Source: Eledone cirrhosa
Lineage: Eukaryota
Reading direction: 5' to 3'
Assembly (NCBI GenBank): GCA_964016885.1
Contig: OZ024744.1
Coordinates: 34,224,001 to 34,288,000 of the forward strand
DNA length: 64,000 bases
The translations under genes were made by a program, and so were the position numbers. Below are positions 11,495 through 23,810 of this stretch, one piece after another (the first letter of the stretch is position 1; each line of letters begins with the position of its first letter). Under the pieces are notes generated by a model. It worked only from the letters and a program-made list of their open reading frames with translations, did not search any database and was not told the DNA's origin.

Positions 11495-13795
11495 ATATAT
11501 ACACCTAGTTAACCTTATCAACAACATCAATTTTCGTAAGTACTCTAACCCCTTTCAATCTAAATTATCTAATGATATTTCTACTTTCAAATCTTCTAAT
11601 AATAAGTTCATCTTCTCTGATAAAACTAAAAACCTATATGAAGTTAATAATAATTTACACGACCAACTATTAATAGATAATATCACCTCTAAATACCAAA
11701 TAGCTAATATAAATACGTACCATAATATAAATAAGGAAGCTAAAGAATTAGCTGTTTCTTTAAAAATAGATAATAGGACAGAAAAACTTGCTAAACGTTC
11801 TGCGTATATCACCCTTAAAGATCATAAACCCGACTTTATTAATCGTCCTAGTTGTAGATTAATCAACCCTGCTAAGACTGATATTGGTCTTGCCAGCAAA
11901 AAAATTTTAAATAAATTAAATACACACATTAGAAGTAAGTCTAAATTACTCCAATGGATAAATAGCTCTTCCGTAGTACATTGGTTTAATAATATTAAAA
12001 ACAAAATCAGTTCTAGATTCACCCAATTTGACATTGTAGATTTCTACCCATCTATTACTCAGACCCTTTTAGTGAAAGCTTTAAATTTCGCTAGAGGGTT
12101 CACTAATATCTCCGATATTGAAGAGAATGTCATCTTGCATGCTAGGAACACTCTACTTTTTAATGATAATGACACTTGGGTAAAAATATCTAACCCAGAG
12201 AACCCATTCGATGTCTCTATGGGCTCTTATGACAGTGCCGAGGTTTGTGATCTGGTCGGCCTATTCCTCTAACATACACTTAAAGAAAAATTTCCTAACC
12301 ATATTTTTGGGCTTTATCGCGATGATGGTCTAATACTTTCCCATACCACCATAGGCCATAACTTAGATAGATTAAAGAAAGACTTAATAAAAACCTTCGC
12401 TAGTTTTAATCTTAAAATTACTATTGACACTAACCTTTCCAACGTAGATTTCCTAGATATAAACCCAGATTTGCCTACTGCTTCTTATAAACCATACCAT
12501 AAACCTAATGAAAACTTAAAATATATAAATAAAGGATCTTGCCATCCACCTATAGTTTTTAAAAACCTTATCCCTAATATTAGCCGTAGGATCTCCACCC
12601 TCTCTTCCTCAGAAGCTATTTTTAATAAGGCATCCCCCTACTATAATAAAGCCCTCCAAAATAGCGGCTTTAGCGAACCGATTAAATACATACCTAACTA
12701 CACTAACTCTATTAAACATAAAAATAGGAAAAGAAAAATAATCTGGTTCACACCCCCCTACTCTCTAGCAGTTAAAACTAATGTAGGCAAAACATTCCTA
12801 GAACTCCTAGATAAACATTTCCCTAGAACACATAGATACTATAAGATCTTTAACAGAAACTGTGTTAAAATTAGCTATTCCTGCGGTCCCCCTATTAAGT
12901 CCTATATCCTCAACAAAATATCACCTAGAGAAAATCAAACTTGCTCCTGTAAAATCAAAAGTGAATGCCCATTACAAGGTAAATGCAACACCAAAGCCAT
13001 TGTATATGCGGCTAAAGTGACAACCATCAGCAACAACCATCCAGCCACCAGTGAACGATATGTGGGTATGACGCAAGACAGATTCAAAACGCGTTATTAC
13101 TCACATGTCGCATCCTTTCGACATCCAGAAAAAAGATTTACAACAGCTCTGGCTAGCAGAATTTGGGATTTGAAAGACCAAGGCATCCAATATAAACTAG
13201 ATTGGTCAATTTTGAACCAATCTAAAAAATATGCTAGAGGAACAAGAAAATGCACGCTCTGCATAAACGAAAAATTTTGGATATTGCAAAATCTAAAATC
13301 ACCAAAGACATGCCTGAACACAAAGACGGAAATTTTCACCAGTTGCCCACACATGAAATCACACCTGCTTTCCAGCTCATATAAACTTAACACACTCTTA
13401 TTATTCTCTTTTTAATTACCCTTTCTGACTTACTTTCATTTTTATCCTTGTCAATAATTTCATTTATTTTTACTTTTATTTTTACTTCACCCCCCCCCCC
13501 CCCCTTTATTCTCCGATTCACTTTCTATTTTTTACTTCCCCTTCTTTTACTTCCCTTTTTCCTCCACTAACTGATTACACATGTCTTTTGTGTTTTTCAA
13601 TCCAGATATATTTTTCATTTTCATTTTTATTTTTATTTTTATTTTATTTTTGCGCAGCCTATCTTACAATTTTATATTTGTACTTATTTATCCACAAGTT
13701 TTTTACACCCTGTATCAATATGGCTGAACGCCTTAATGTGTGAATACTTTTTATATATGTACATGAGTGACTACGTATGTGCGCGCGCGTGCGTG

Positions 13796-13856
<61 letters not shown>

Positions 13857-14790
13857 GTGTGTGTGTGTGTGTGTATGTATATATTATGCGTATGTGTACG
13901 TGTCTTTATATCCGTGTTTTTGACATCTCGGTTTTATGTTTTGTTCCTTATTTCTTCTCCCCCCCCTTCCTTTTTTTACTTACTCAGTTTCATGCGTGGG
14001 CATGCAAACAGGTTTATATGCGTGAGTATAAGTATGTCTGTGTGTGTGTGTGTATGGACGTATCGAACGTATGGATGTGTAAGTGCGCGTGTGTATATAA
14101 GCATAATTATTTTTACATTTCTTTTGTGAGACATGCGTGTCTGTGTATGTATGTACCCCTTTTTTGTCTTCTTTTCTTTAATGTTTTCTTTCTAAAAATA
14201 TTTTTTCTTTCTAATTCATCGTTATTATATTTTTATAAATATATCGAGACTGATACTTTTCTTTTAATTATTACACTCCCTTACCTCCTTTCTTTCCGCA
14301 TCTAAGTGTACGAGTGTGCAGGCGTTTTATGCGCGCGCCTTCATATTCATATATTTATGATGTAACCATTTCTGTCTGTATATTACAGACATATAGATAC
14401 ATTTGCCCTAAATTTTAGAAATACGCACACTTTCTCACTATACATATACATGTGCGTATATACATATATGCACATCTGTGAGCGTATATACATACATATA
14501 CACACACCTAACTATATTTCTTGATAGATTTTTATATATTTCAATTTCTATTTCATTTATCTATATCTTTTTTTGATTTTCTTGATGAGTTTTTCTAAGT
14601 ATTTACCCATGTTTTATATTGCCTCGTCTGACGAACGAATGAAGTCGTTTATTTCGTATTCGCCTCATTCGGGAAACCTCTGGTAATGAGGTAATTATAT
14701 TGTATTGATTTTTATACATTAAATTTTGCTCTGATACTTACATAGAGCACTCTTCATTTCTATGACCTTTTCTGTTTCCAACGGAAATTT

Positions 14791-14792
<2 letters not shown>
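11495..14792 (+). mobile_element. 5'-truncated Penelope-like element (RT + GIY-YIG + long 3'UTR/pLTR), YRDDGL-type RT
   Basis: RLINPAKTDIG, QFDIVDFYPSI, FDVSMGSYDSAEVCDLVG, GLYRDDGL; C-terminal CSCKIKSECPLQGKC..AIVYAAKV..YVGMT..FKTRY GIY-YIG ending at 13415; a stop at 12270; (TA)n on both sides. Confidence 0.92.
14618..14695 (+). ncRNA. Type I hammerhead ribozyme in the Penelope 3' pLTR
   Basis: Stem I ATTGCCTCGT/ATGAGGTAAT, CTGACGA, stem II CGAATGA/TCATTCG, GAAAC-CTCTG-GTA (GUA triplet). Confidence 0.8.
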
Positions 14793-14861
<69 letters not shown>

Positions 14862-14908
14862 AAGTAAAAGCGAAGTAGTTTCAGATGTTCAAGTCCTTTA
14901 ATAATAAT

Positions 14909-14982
14909 GCTGTGATATATATTTCAATGACGACACTGGCCACACTGTTCTGTGTGCGAGTGTCGTGACATCATCAGACAGC
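14909..14982 (-). ncRNA. Type I hammerhead ribozyme in a short (TA)n-flanked insert (about 14857-15030)
   Basis: Minus: GCTGT-CTGATGA-tgtcACGACACT...AGTGTCGTcatt-GAAA-tatat-ATC-ACAGC. Confidence 0.75.
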
Positions 14983-15026
14983 TTGTTACATAATAAGGTT
15001 GTTTCCGAGGCAATCCAAATTGAATC

Positions 15027-15104
<78 letters not shown>

Positions 15105-15435
15105 TACATATATATACATATATATATATACATATATATATAAAAACAAATAACGAAACGAAATTAAACTTCGTTTCGTTTGTAACTCACTTTTGTATGA
15201 CTGACGCTTAAACAATTAAGTTAAAGATGTACATCCATATATGTATACTGAAATACTAGTATGTATATGAATACACACACGTATACATATGTAGATGTAC
15301 CAAGTTTTTTCACTGGTCACTTTACTGTGAGTGGCCAGCTATTCTGTATGTAAACACACAGACAAACCGGTTTTTAGAGTCATACTGGTTTTTGAGGAAA
15401 CACCTTTCCTCTATTCTCCAGAAAGCCAGACAAGG

Positions 15436-15480
15436 AATATTGAACTAGTTTCGTTGTTGTTACAACTCATCAGCAATATT
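15436..15480 (-). ncRNA. Minimal type I hammerhead ribozyme
   Basis: Reverse complement of 15766-15810. Confidence 0.85.
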
Positions 15481-15765
15481 TACCTATCTTCCGGCCTCTC
15501 TAGAGAATCGTAAAAGCACATATCGTTATATGCTTTTTCTATGAAAATTAGTAGTGGGCAGACTAATTTGCATAGAGTGTGAGTAAGTACCGGTTCAACG
15601 GAGACGATAAAAACAAATAACGAAACGAAATTAAACTTCGTTTCGTTTTGAACCGGTACTTACTCACACTCTATGCAAATTAGTCTGCCCACTACTAATT
15701 TTCATAGAAAAAGCATATAACGATATGTGCTTTTACGATTCTCTAGAGAGGCCGGAAGATAGGTA

Positions 15766-15810
15766 AATATTGCTGATGAGTTGTAACAACAACGAAACTA
15801 GTTCAATATT
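15766..15810 (+). ncRNA. Minimal type I hammerhead ribozyme
   Basis: AATATTG-CTGATGA-GTTGT aac AACAAC-GAAAC-TA-GTT-CAATATT; 7-bp stem I and palindromic ACTAGT stem III. Confidence 0.85.
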
Positions 15811-16083
15811 CCTTGTCTGGCTTTCTGGAGAATAGAGGAAAGGTGTTTCCTCAAAAACCAGTATGACTCTAAAAACCGGTTTGTCTGTGTGTTTACATAC
15901 AGAATAGCTGGCCACTCACAGTAAAGTGACCAGTGAAAAACTTGGTACATCTACATATGTATACGTGTGTGTATTCATATACATACTAGTATTTCAGTAT
16001 ACATATATGGATGTACATCTTTAACTTAATTGTTCATATATATATATATATATACATATATATACATATATACATATATATAC

Positions 16084-16122
<39 letters not shown>

Positions 16123-16153
16123 CATATATATACATATATATATACATATATAT

Positions 16154-16228
<75 letters not shown>

Positions 16229-16355
16229 AAAGTTTTATTTAAAATTGTTGGGTTACAACGAGTAAATATTTTATAACTGATATAAAAGCACTCAACAAGT
16301 TTTGGAGTATTTTACGATATTAAATAAATGGAAACTACATTTATAAAACCATATT

Positions 16356-16421
16356 TATTTCATTATATATATTTCAGGGATATCATATTAAAAATATGGT
16401 ATGCCCTCTTCAGACAAAATA
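16356..16421 (-). ncRNA. Type I hammerhead (family A)
   Basis: Reverse complement of 17058-17123. Confidence 0.7.
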
Positions 16422-16717
16422 CAATATATAAACAGTTTTATAAATAAATTTGACATACCTTAAACTTTACAACTTCCATTATTTCTGAATATATCTCTTC
16501 TCCTCCTCCCTCTACACTTGACGGGACTTATGTATCGGCTGATTTAACTCTACCTCCTGTATCTCACCCCTCCCCTATCTCTCCCACCTCGTATAATAGA
16601 TATTACTCGACCTACCTCTTTTCTCCCACCACCTATATCTCTTTCTACCTCTCTTTATTTATTTTTATTTTTATTTTTATTTTTATTTCTCTCCGTATCC
16701 TTAACACTATAACTAAC

Positions 16718-16748
<31 letters not shown>

Positions 16749-17057
16749 ATTATTACAGTACCCCCTTCCCTCCTAAATCTCTCATTTGTACGTTATTCAT
16801 TTTTCACCTCCTCAATATTTCTCTCTCCCATATCTCTCTCTCTCTATCTCGCTCTGTTGTTTTTTCTTTACATACATTTCTTCATTTTCTTCGTCTTCCT
16901 CTTTAACTGTTCTTAGCACTATACACTTTCTTTCTTTTTTTCTCTTCGTCTTTCTTTCTAACTGTCCTTAACATTTTCACTACCAAAACAACTTTTTAAA
17001 TGGAAGTTGTAAAGTTTAAGGTATGTCAAATTTATTTATAAAACTGTTTATATATTG

Positions 17058-17123
17058 TATTTTGTCTGAAGAGGGCATACCATATTTTTAATATGATATC
17101 CCTGAAATATATATAATGAAATA
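17058..17123 (+). ncRNA. Type I hammerhead (family A)
   Basis: TATTTTGT-CTGAAGA-GGGcATAcCATAT..ATATGaTATCCCt-GAAA-tatat-ATA-ATGAAATA. Confidence 0.7.
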
Positions 17124-17287
17124 AATATGGTTTTATAAATGTAGTTTCCATTTGTTTAATATCGTATATATATATATATTGAGTATATGTTGGTTGCATA
17201 CCAACACCTCAGTATGCAGATTGTAATAAACTGTTTATATATATATAAACAGAACATGATGGAGAAACAAAACACACTTACCAACAT

Positions 17288-17473
17288 TGGATTGGCAGTA
17301 TCGGTAGAGGGTCGAACGCCATGCTCTGACGTATAGAGTTACGGCCCTTGCCATTCTGAGTTCAAATCCCGCCGAGGTTAACTTCGCCTTTCATCCTTAC
17401 AGGGTAGATAAAATAAAGTACCAGTAATGCACTGGGTATTTGCTGGCCTTCTGCCTAACGTAGAAACAATTAT
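17288..17473 (+). mobile_element. tRNA-derived SINE (dominant family)
   Basis: TGGCAGTATCGGTAGAG A-box, GAGTTCAAATCC B-box, same core and TAGAAACAATTATT tail as 10865-11051. Confidence 0.9.
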
Positions 17474-18049
17474 TTATTCTTTACATAATGTTTCATACAT
17501 AAATATAATCTAACACAGCGAATTTAAAAATAAATAGATGAATGTATAAATATATGGAAAATCTGAAGAAGTATTAATGAATTTTATCTTCCATTTGTCG
17601 ATATCTCAGCTCCTCTCTCTTTCAATCTCTCTCTTATTCACTCTCTCTTTCTATCTACTCGTCACGACCCCTCCCACCCACACTGGTGTTTGATGTTGAT
17701 GAGAGTAGGAGGAGGTAAATGGTGTTCATGCTATCTTTCACAGATACTCAAATGAAATTATATATATATTATATATACGCAAGGGTCAACAAACGCACAC
17801 CCCAAAACAAGGTGCATCCCTCCTTACTTTAGCAAGGACAGAGGCGACCCTAACCTAGCAGTCGAAAAACAGAATGCTGGAGTCTGAAGAAAAGGACAAT
17901 TAATGTTTAAAAGTTACGCTAAACAACTTTTGGTCTATGTTATAAAGTCCTCTCATCTTTAAATTTATACAAGGTGCCTTTTCTTTTATTTCATACAACG
18001 TGATTTGTATAGAAAGATAGAACGTTTTCAAATGTCCACACTTTTTTCA

Positions 18050-18967
18050 CTATATATATATATATATATATCTAAGTCCAAAATTAAGATAAATCAATTA
18101 AATGAATTTAATCTAAATTGAAATCGTGGGTGTCATGACATAATGCATGCGCCAATAAATCCTGAGAATTTAAGCTCAAAGATAAATACATCTGAGCATA
18201 TTATAATAACTAGAGATTGATTAACATATAAAAATACATGAATAATCACAGGAGATAATTCAAGCTTGCGTGTAACCGCGCATAGCTAGTTTAGGCAATA
18301 TTTACCTTTAAAAGTGATTAACATTCCTTGTATATATCCCATTAAAGAAATATATTTCACCAATTAATCAGATGGTAAGTCACGGAAAGTGGATATTATT
18401 GGATTGTCAACAAGGAAATGATAATAAAGCTTAAATTTCAGGATTTATTGCCGCATGCATTATGTCATGACACCCATGATTTCGATTTAGATTAAATTCA
18501 TTTAATTGATTTATCTTAATTTTGGACTTAGATATATATATATATATATATATATAGGGCTCCTTATCTGTAGAGCTATTTCTGTTGAGAAGAATTTTGA
18601 CTGCTATTTCTAGATGTCGAAAACTTTTTCACGCCACTGAAACGAAACCGCTATCTTGTGTGGACGCAACACGTGGTAACGGATAGTTGAAGATTTGATC
18701 TCGCCCTGTAAGCTCGAATAGCTGGATTTATTATCAATTCCTTGTTGACAATCCAATAATATCCACTTTCCGTGACTTACCATCTGATTAATTGGTGAAA
18801 TATATTTCTTTAATGGGATATATATACAAGGAATGTTAATCACTTTTAAAGGTAAATTTAGCCTAAACTAGCTATGCGCGGTTACACGCAAGCTTGAATT
18901 ATCTCCTGTGATTATTCATGTATTTTTATATGTTAATCAATCTCTAGTTATTATATATATATATATA
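18050..18967. mobile_element. Non-coding (TA)n-flanked element with two nested inverted duplications
   Basis: About 18060-18175 is inverted at 18432-18545, and about 18200-18428 is inverted at 18727-18955. Confidence 0.65.
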
Positions 18968-19178
18968 TTTCGTTTCTGAATTTGTTTAGCAAGATTCTTT
19001 ATCTGAAAACGTGTGTTGAAACCGATATTGTTATACTTTGGGAGGGTCATGTTGCCAATAAGAAACACACGCACCAGTTGCTTTCACTTCAATTTATTAT
19101 AATAAATTTATAAATTTAGGAAATTATAAATTTCCGGTTGGTTGGTTGGTTCCACAACCAGATGGTTGTTTATATATT

Positions 19179-19221
19179 GTCAAAGTTCTTTCGTCACACA
19201 TTCTGTGACCTCTTCAGTGAC
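19179..19221 (-). ncRNA. Minimal type I hammerhead
   Basis: Reverse complement of 20038-20080. Confidence 0.7.
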
Positions 19222-20037
19222 TGGGGATTCTTTTCTTTGTTTTTGTGCCTCTCCTTTGTTCTGTCCTACGCCATCTTGTTTCTGTGTGTGTGTTGTGTGC
19301 TCAGTCTGTGCATGCGCCACATCCGGGTGTCTGTGTGTGTTTATATTCGTTTATTTATTTGTTTATTTACATGTTACAGGCTGGTTGTTTGTTCTATGTG
19401 CGTGTGTGATTTCATTTTGTCCTTAATTGTAAGTTGTGATGTTGCTGTTCCATTCATGTTTTCTATTTAATTTTGGTTGGAGTTCATTTATATTTATTGC
19501 CTCTGTGATTTGTCTAAACATTGCGTCTTTTCTGTGTGTAGATTCTATTTTTATTTCTATGTTCTCTAATTTACCCTTATGTTCTATTTTAGCATGTTGG
19601 TAGAGTACAGATGATTCTTTACTATCTTGAAGGTCTCGCCAGTGTTCATTTATCCGTTCCCCTATACTACGAGCTGTCTCACCTATGGACACTATATTTT
19701 TGTCTCTACATTGTCCTTCAGTACATCTTATGCTATACACTACATTTCTAGTTTTACAGTTAATACATTTTACAGGTTATACATTTCTTATCTATACAGG
19801 GGGTTCTTTGAAAAGGGCATGTCTTGCTAATAAGTGTTTTTATGGAGGTACCTGGTGTTTCTACTATCTTAATATTGAGTTTATGTTTATAAACATAAAC
19901 TCAATATTAAGTTTATAAACACACACAGACACCCGGATGTGGCGCATGCGCAGACTGAGCACACAACACACACACAGAAACAAGATGGCGTAGGACAGAA
20001 CAAAGGAGAGGCACAAAAACAAAGAAAAGAATCCCCA

Positions 20038-20080
20038 GTCACTGAAGAGGTCACAGAATGTGTGACGAAAGAACTTTGAC
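20038..20080 (+). ncRNA. Minimal type I hammerhead
   Basis: GTCA-CTGAAGA-gGTCAC agaatgt GTGAC-GAAAG-aa-CTT-TGAC (CUU triplet). Confidence 0.7.
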
Positions 20081-21026
20081 AATATATATAAACAACCATC
20101 TGGTTGTGGAACCAACCAACCAACCGGAAATTTATAAATTCCTAAATTTATAAATTTATTATAATAAATTGAAGTGAAAGCAACTGGTGTGTGTGTTTCT
20201 TATTGGCAATATGACCCTCCCAAAGTATAACAATATCGGTTTCAACACACGTTTTCAGATCAAGAATCTTGGTAAACAAATTCAGAAACGAAATATCGTA
20301 AGCCTTAGCCAGGCTAACAAGATACTGAAAACCACCATGTTCTGTTGTCTACGAAAAACAATAACATCTCGACAACTACACTTCATAAAAGAATGTGCCT
20401 CGTCCCGAGTTTACACCAACACCATCAACACCGATGTAAGAAGATTACAGCTCACCAAAAAGCAAGCAGATAGGCTAAAACGAACACTAATTCTAAACAT
20501 AAAAAAAGAAGATCTATAGAGAATTAAGTCATCAAGAAAAACATAAGCGTAACCTAATACAAGAAATAACTAAGATCACCACACCAAGAGAAAAACTAAT
20601 ATTTATAAACCTTATACGTCCTGAAGAACAGTACATTGTACAAGAATGTGACAAGCACTTTAACAAGAAACTAAAGTGGCTTAAACAGATACAACTAAAT
20701 CAAGATACTTTAGAGAATACCAATAGATATCCCGACAAAATTGACGGTATAAATATGGCCGACACCTCAAAAACAGATGGAAAGCAATGGGGGGAGGGGT
20801 CGTGAAAAGTGGATAGAAAGAGAGAGTGAGAGGGAGGAAGATTGAAAGAGAGAGAACCGAAATATAGAAAAATGGAAGATAAAATTCATTAATACTTCCT
20901 CAGATTTGTCCATATTTTTCTACATTTATCTATTTATTTAAAAAATTAACTGTGTGAGATATCAAATCAGTTAATATTTGAAATAATTTACAGTGGTAGA
21001 TTCTCCGTACGTTTGAAATGACTGAC

Positions 21027-21689
21027 AACATTTATCTTCTCATTTGAACCACATGTAATGTCACTCTTTCTCAGATATCTCTGATAATGCCCTAAAAAAG
21101 TCTAGCTATACTTTTGTCATCATTACAAGGTCGCTGAGGAAGTCAATAAAATGTTTATTCTGGATTATGTTATGGAGTTTGTAATATAGAGTTTGATATT
21201 GTTGACTGAATTAAGTAGTTATAAATTTACTGTTGAAAACCTAAATAAGTTACTGAATAACATTTTACATGATGTTTAAATTATAACTTACACTTTTTAG
21301 TAGCGTCACGCTTGATTGGTGCACTGCGAGGTGACACTGTATTATGATCATCTAGAATATATAAACAAAATCATAGCAAACCTACATGTCTATGTCTAGG
21401 GCGGGTAAAATTCCCGAGATCCATGGACGAGTTCTCTCCAGCGGTCTCTGTCCCTCATTATCGTTGCCATGTCCTGCGTCTCCAACAGACCAGTGTCTGT
21501 CCTTAGGGCATCAATATACGTTAACCTTGGTCTTCTTCTTCCAGTGTATATATATATAAATAACATTCCTTGTATATAAATACAAATGACATTACAAATA
21601 CAGGAAACAGGTATTAGATTCATTATTTCTGATATATACATATATACACCAGGTCCAGACACAAATGGACCAAACTGCTGCTGTCTCTA

Positions 21690-21690
<1 letters not shown>
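21027..21690 (+). repeat. Copy 1 of a local duplication of about 480 bp, interrupted by an RTE tail
   Basis: 21027-21391 resembles 24121-24484 and about 21580-21690 resembles 24490-24600. Confidence 0.8.
21393..21545 (-). mobile_element. RTE-clade LINE 3' end
   Basis: GRRRPRLTYIDALRTDTG...MRDRDRWRELV; absent from the paralogous copy at 24484. Confidence 0.75.
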
Positions 21691-21749
<59 letters not shown>

Positions 21750-21904
21750 TTTACGTATCGAGAAAGAGAGAAAAAGGAGGGATAGGTGATACATATAGTT
21801 ATTTGCCAAGTAGCGTATGCCAAAGGTGCTCGATACTAGTGCCGGCAGTATTAAATATTCGAAGTGTTAATATTTAGTGGGCTAGAGAGTTAGCAGAACG
21901 TAAG

Positions 21905-23088
21905 CACGTGGGAAAGGGAAAAATCGGAGAATAGACCGTTAAAACATGTTTATTTAAAATATCACCTACGTACGTTTCGCCCAGTTGGGCTTCTCAAGGG
22001 CATAAATAATCACAAGTGTTCCTTATATAGTTCGGAAAGAGTTTTGGGGGTTAAATCCACATCAAGATTCATTGCTCGCAAAAATATCTTGTTTTGATTT
22101 TGCAGCAGGTCAAGGGAGGTAACTCTGGCCGGTGTTAGGGCAGTCTTTCCCGGATAATTTTTTTTTTTTTTTCTTTTTCCCGTTTGTCTGAGGCTGGGTC
22201 TGGTATGCAAGGATTGTTTTCTGGGTGTTATTTTGCTGCGCCTGCCCGCCGGGGTGTTAAGACTTGTTGCAGGGAGATCCAGTGTACTATTTCACTCTTC
22301 ATTCTTAACCCATCTAAAGAAGGATATTTTTAAGCGATGTGTACAACTTATCGCTGTTTCAGCTCTGCTGTTGATGAGCTCGTGGGGTGCAGTTATGATG
22401 TGGTAGAGCTCCATGAGGCAAAGATCGCATTTCTTCTTGAAGTTGTACGGTGCAGCCCTGCCGACAATCTCCCAGTGCGTGGAGAAGCTAATGTTTAAGT
22501 CTTTTAGTGATGTGATGTAGTCCGCGAGCGAGGTGGAGTGCCTTAGTTTTCTATTTGTGAAAGAGTGGAGATGTGTTCGAAACCTAATTTTGAACGGGCC
22601 GGAGGTGGCCCCTATATAATGTTTAACGCTATTGTGGCTAGTGCATCTATATATAACCCTATCGATCAAGCAGTATCCTCTAAGGGGGCAACGTCCTCTG
22701 TCGCGGCAGTTGCAATTTCTGTCGCGGTTCCGTCTATTTCCCACGATAAGGCTATCATTGTTGCTGCCTACGTTGCTAGCTGCGCTACCGCAGCTGTCGT
22801 TAGCACAATTACAACCCCCCCCCCCAAAAAAAAAAATTATCCGGGAAAGACTGCCCTAACACCGGCCAGAGTTACCTCCCTTGACCTGCTGCAAAATCAA
22901 AACAAGATATTTTTGCGAGCAATGAATCTTGATGTGGATTTAACCCCCAAAACTCTTTCCAAACTATATAAGGAACACTTGTGATTATTTATGCCCTTGA
23001 GAAGCCCAACTGCGCGAAACGTGCGTAGGTGATATTTTAAATAAACATGTTTTAACGGTCTATTCTCCGATTTTTCACTTTCCCACGT
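21905..23088 (-). mobile_element. Penelope-like 3' fragment (GIY-YIG) between inverted pLTRs
   Basis: ORF 22292-22744(-) CNCRDRGRCPLRGYC..VIYRC..YIGAT..FKIRF; 21905-22165 is inverted at 22823-23088. Confidence 0.88.
21961..22003 (-). ncRNA. Hammerhead variant with UUGAGAA core (U3-A8); second copy at 22991-23033(+)
   Basis: Minus: atgccc-TTGAGAA-GCCC aact GGGC-GAAAC-GTAC-GTA-ggtgat; stem I is weak. Confidence 0.55.
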
Positions 23089-23091
23089 GTA

Positions 23092-23124
<33 letters not shown>

Positions 23125-23140
23125 GTATATATATGTATAC

Positions 23141-23200
<60 letters not shown>

Positions 23201-23271
23201 GTATATATGTATACATATATATATATGTATACATATATATATATGTATATATATGTATATTAATATATATG

Positions 23272-23810
23272 TTACGTTGGTATGGACATGTGATGCGTAT
23301 GAAGGATGACAGCTGCATAAAAAGGTGCTGAGCACTAGAAATTGATGGAAGCCGCGGAGTGGGGAGACCCAAGAAGACCTTGGATGAAGTGATAAAAGCC
23401 GACCTTACCCAATTGCACCTCTCAAGGGCAATGACACACGCCCGTCACCTCTGGCATCACGCAGTAATACAGAAGACCCAACTTCCCACAGGAACAAGCC
23501 AAAGCTGAAGTATATAGACCATATGCCCCTCCACTGCAAAGTGTTTGGGGAGGTGCCACGGCAAAAAAGAACCCAGCCCACACTATGAAGTAGACATGTA
23601 GGTGCCACGGAAGAAAAGCACCCAGCACTCACTGTAAATAAGGTTGGTGTTAGGAAGGGCATCCACCTGTAGAAATCAAGCCAAAATCAGTTCCTGTATG
23701 AGCAAGACGAGGTCAGCCGCCTGGACACTGTCCAAAACAGGACAACCCGTCTAACCCATGCTAGCGTGGAAGAACGGACGTAAAACGGTGATGATGATGT
23801 TGATTATGTC
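23272..23810 (+). mobile_element. RTE-clade LINE 3' end with (GAT)n tail
   Basis: [19 protein letters not shown]...[17 protein letters not shown]; tail GATGATGATG at about 23790. Confidence 0.8.

Larger units (their letters stand above)
15141..16036. mobile_element. Non-coding retrozyme-like element: 467-bp unit, terminal direct repeat and about 385-bp inverted copy
   Basis: 15141-15182 is repeated at 15608-15649. Region 15211-15597 is the reverse complement of 15648-16035 (the ORF track shows the same peptide on both strands). (TA)n flanks. Confidence 0.8.
16225..17166. mobile_element. Family A non-coding element with about 165-bp inverted arms, each with a hammerhead
   Basis: 16315-16480 is inverted relative to 16997-17165; pyrimidine-rich spacer; (TA)n flanks. 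Confidence 0.8.
18968..20760. mobile_element. Penelope-like element: GIY-YIG and pLTR on minus, inverted pLTR and ORF N-terminus on plus
   Basis: ORF 19423-19740(-) YSIRC..C...SIGETARSIGERINEH...RQITEAININELQPKLNRKHE; 18968-19343 is inverted at 19914-20295; the broken ORF from about 20338 on plus is Lys/Ile-rich. Confidence 0.8.

Noticed and set aside
15331-15915. Identical 60-aa ORF on both strands
   Set aside because: A consequence of the inverted repeat; no coding signature.
13736-16265. Many YIYIYI/VCVC/THTH ORFs here and across the window (e.g. 23052-23372, 28976-29544, 47964-48266)
   Set aside because: They are (TA)n/(CA)n microsatellite frames without stop codons.
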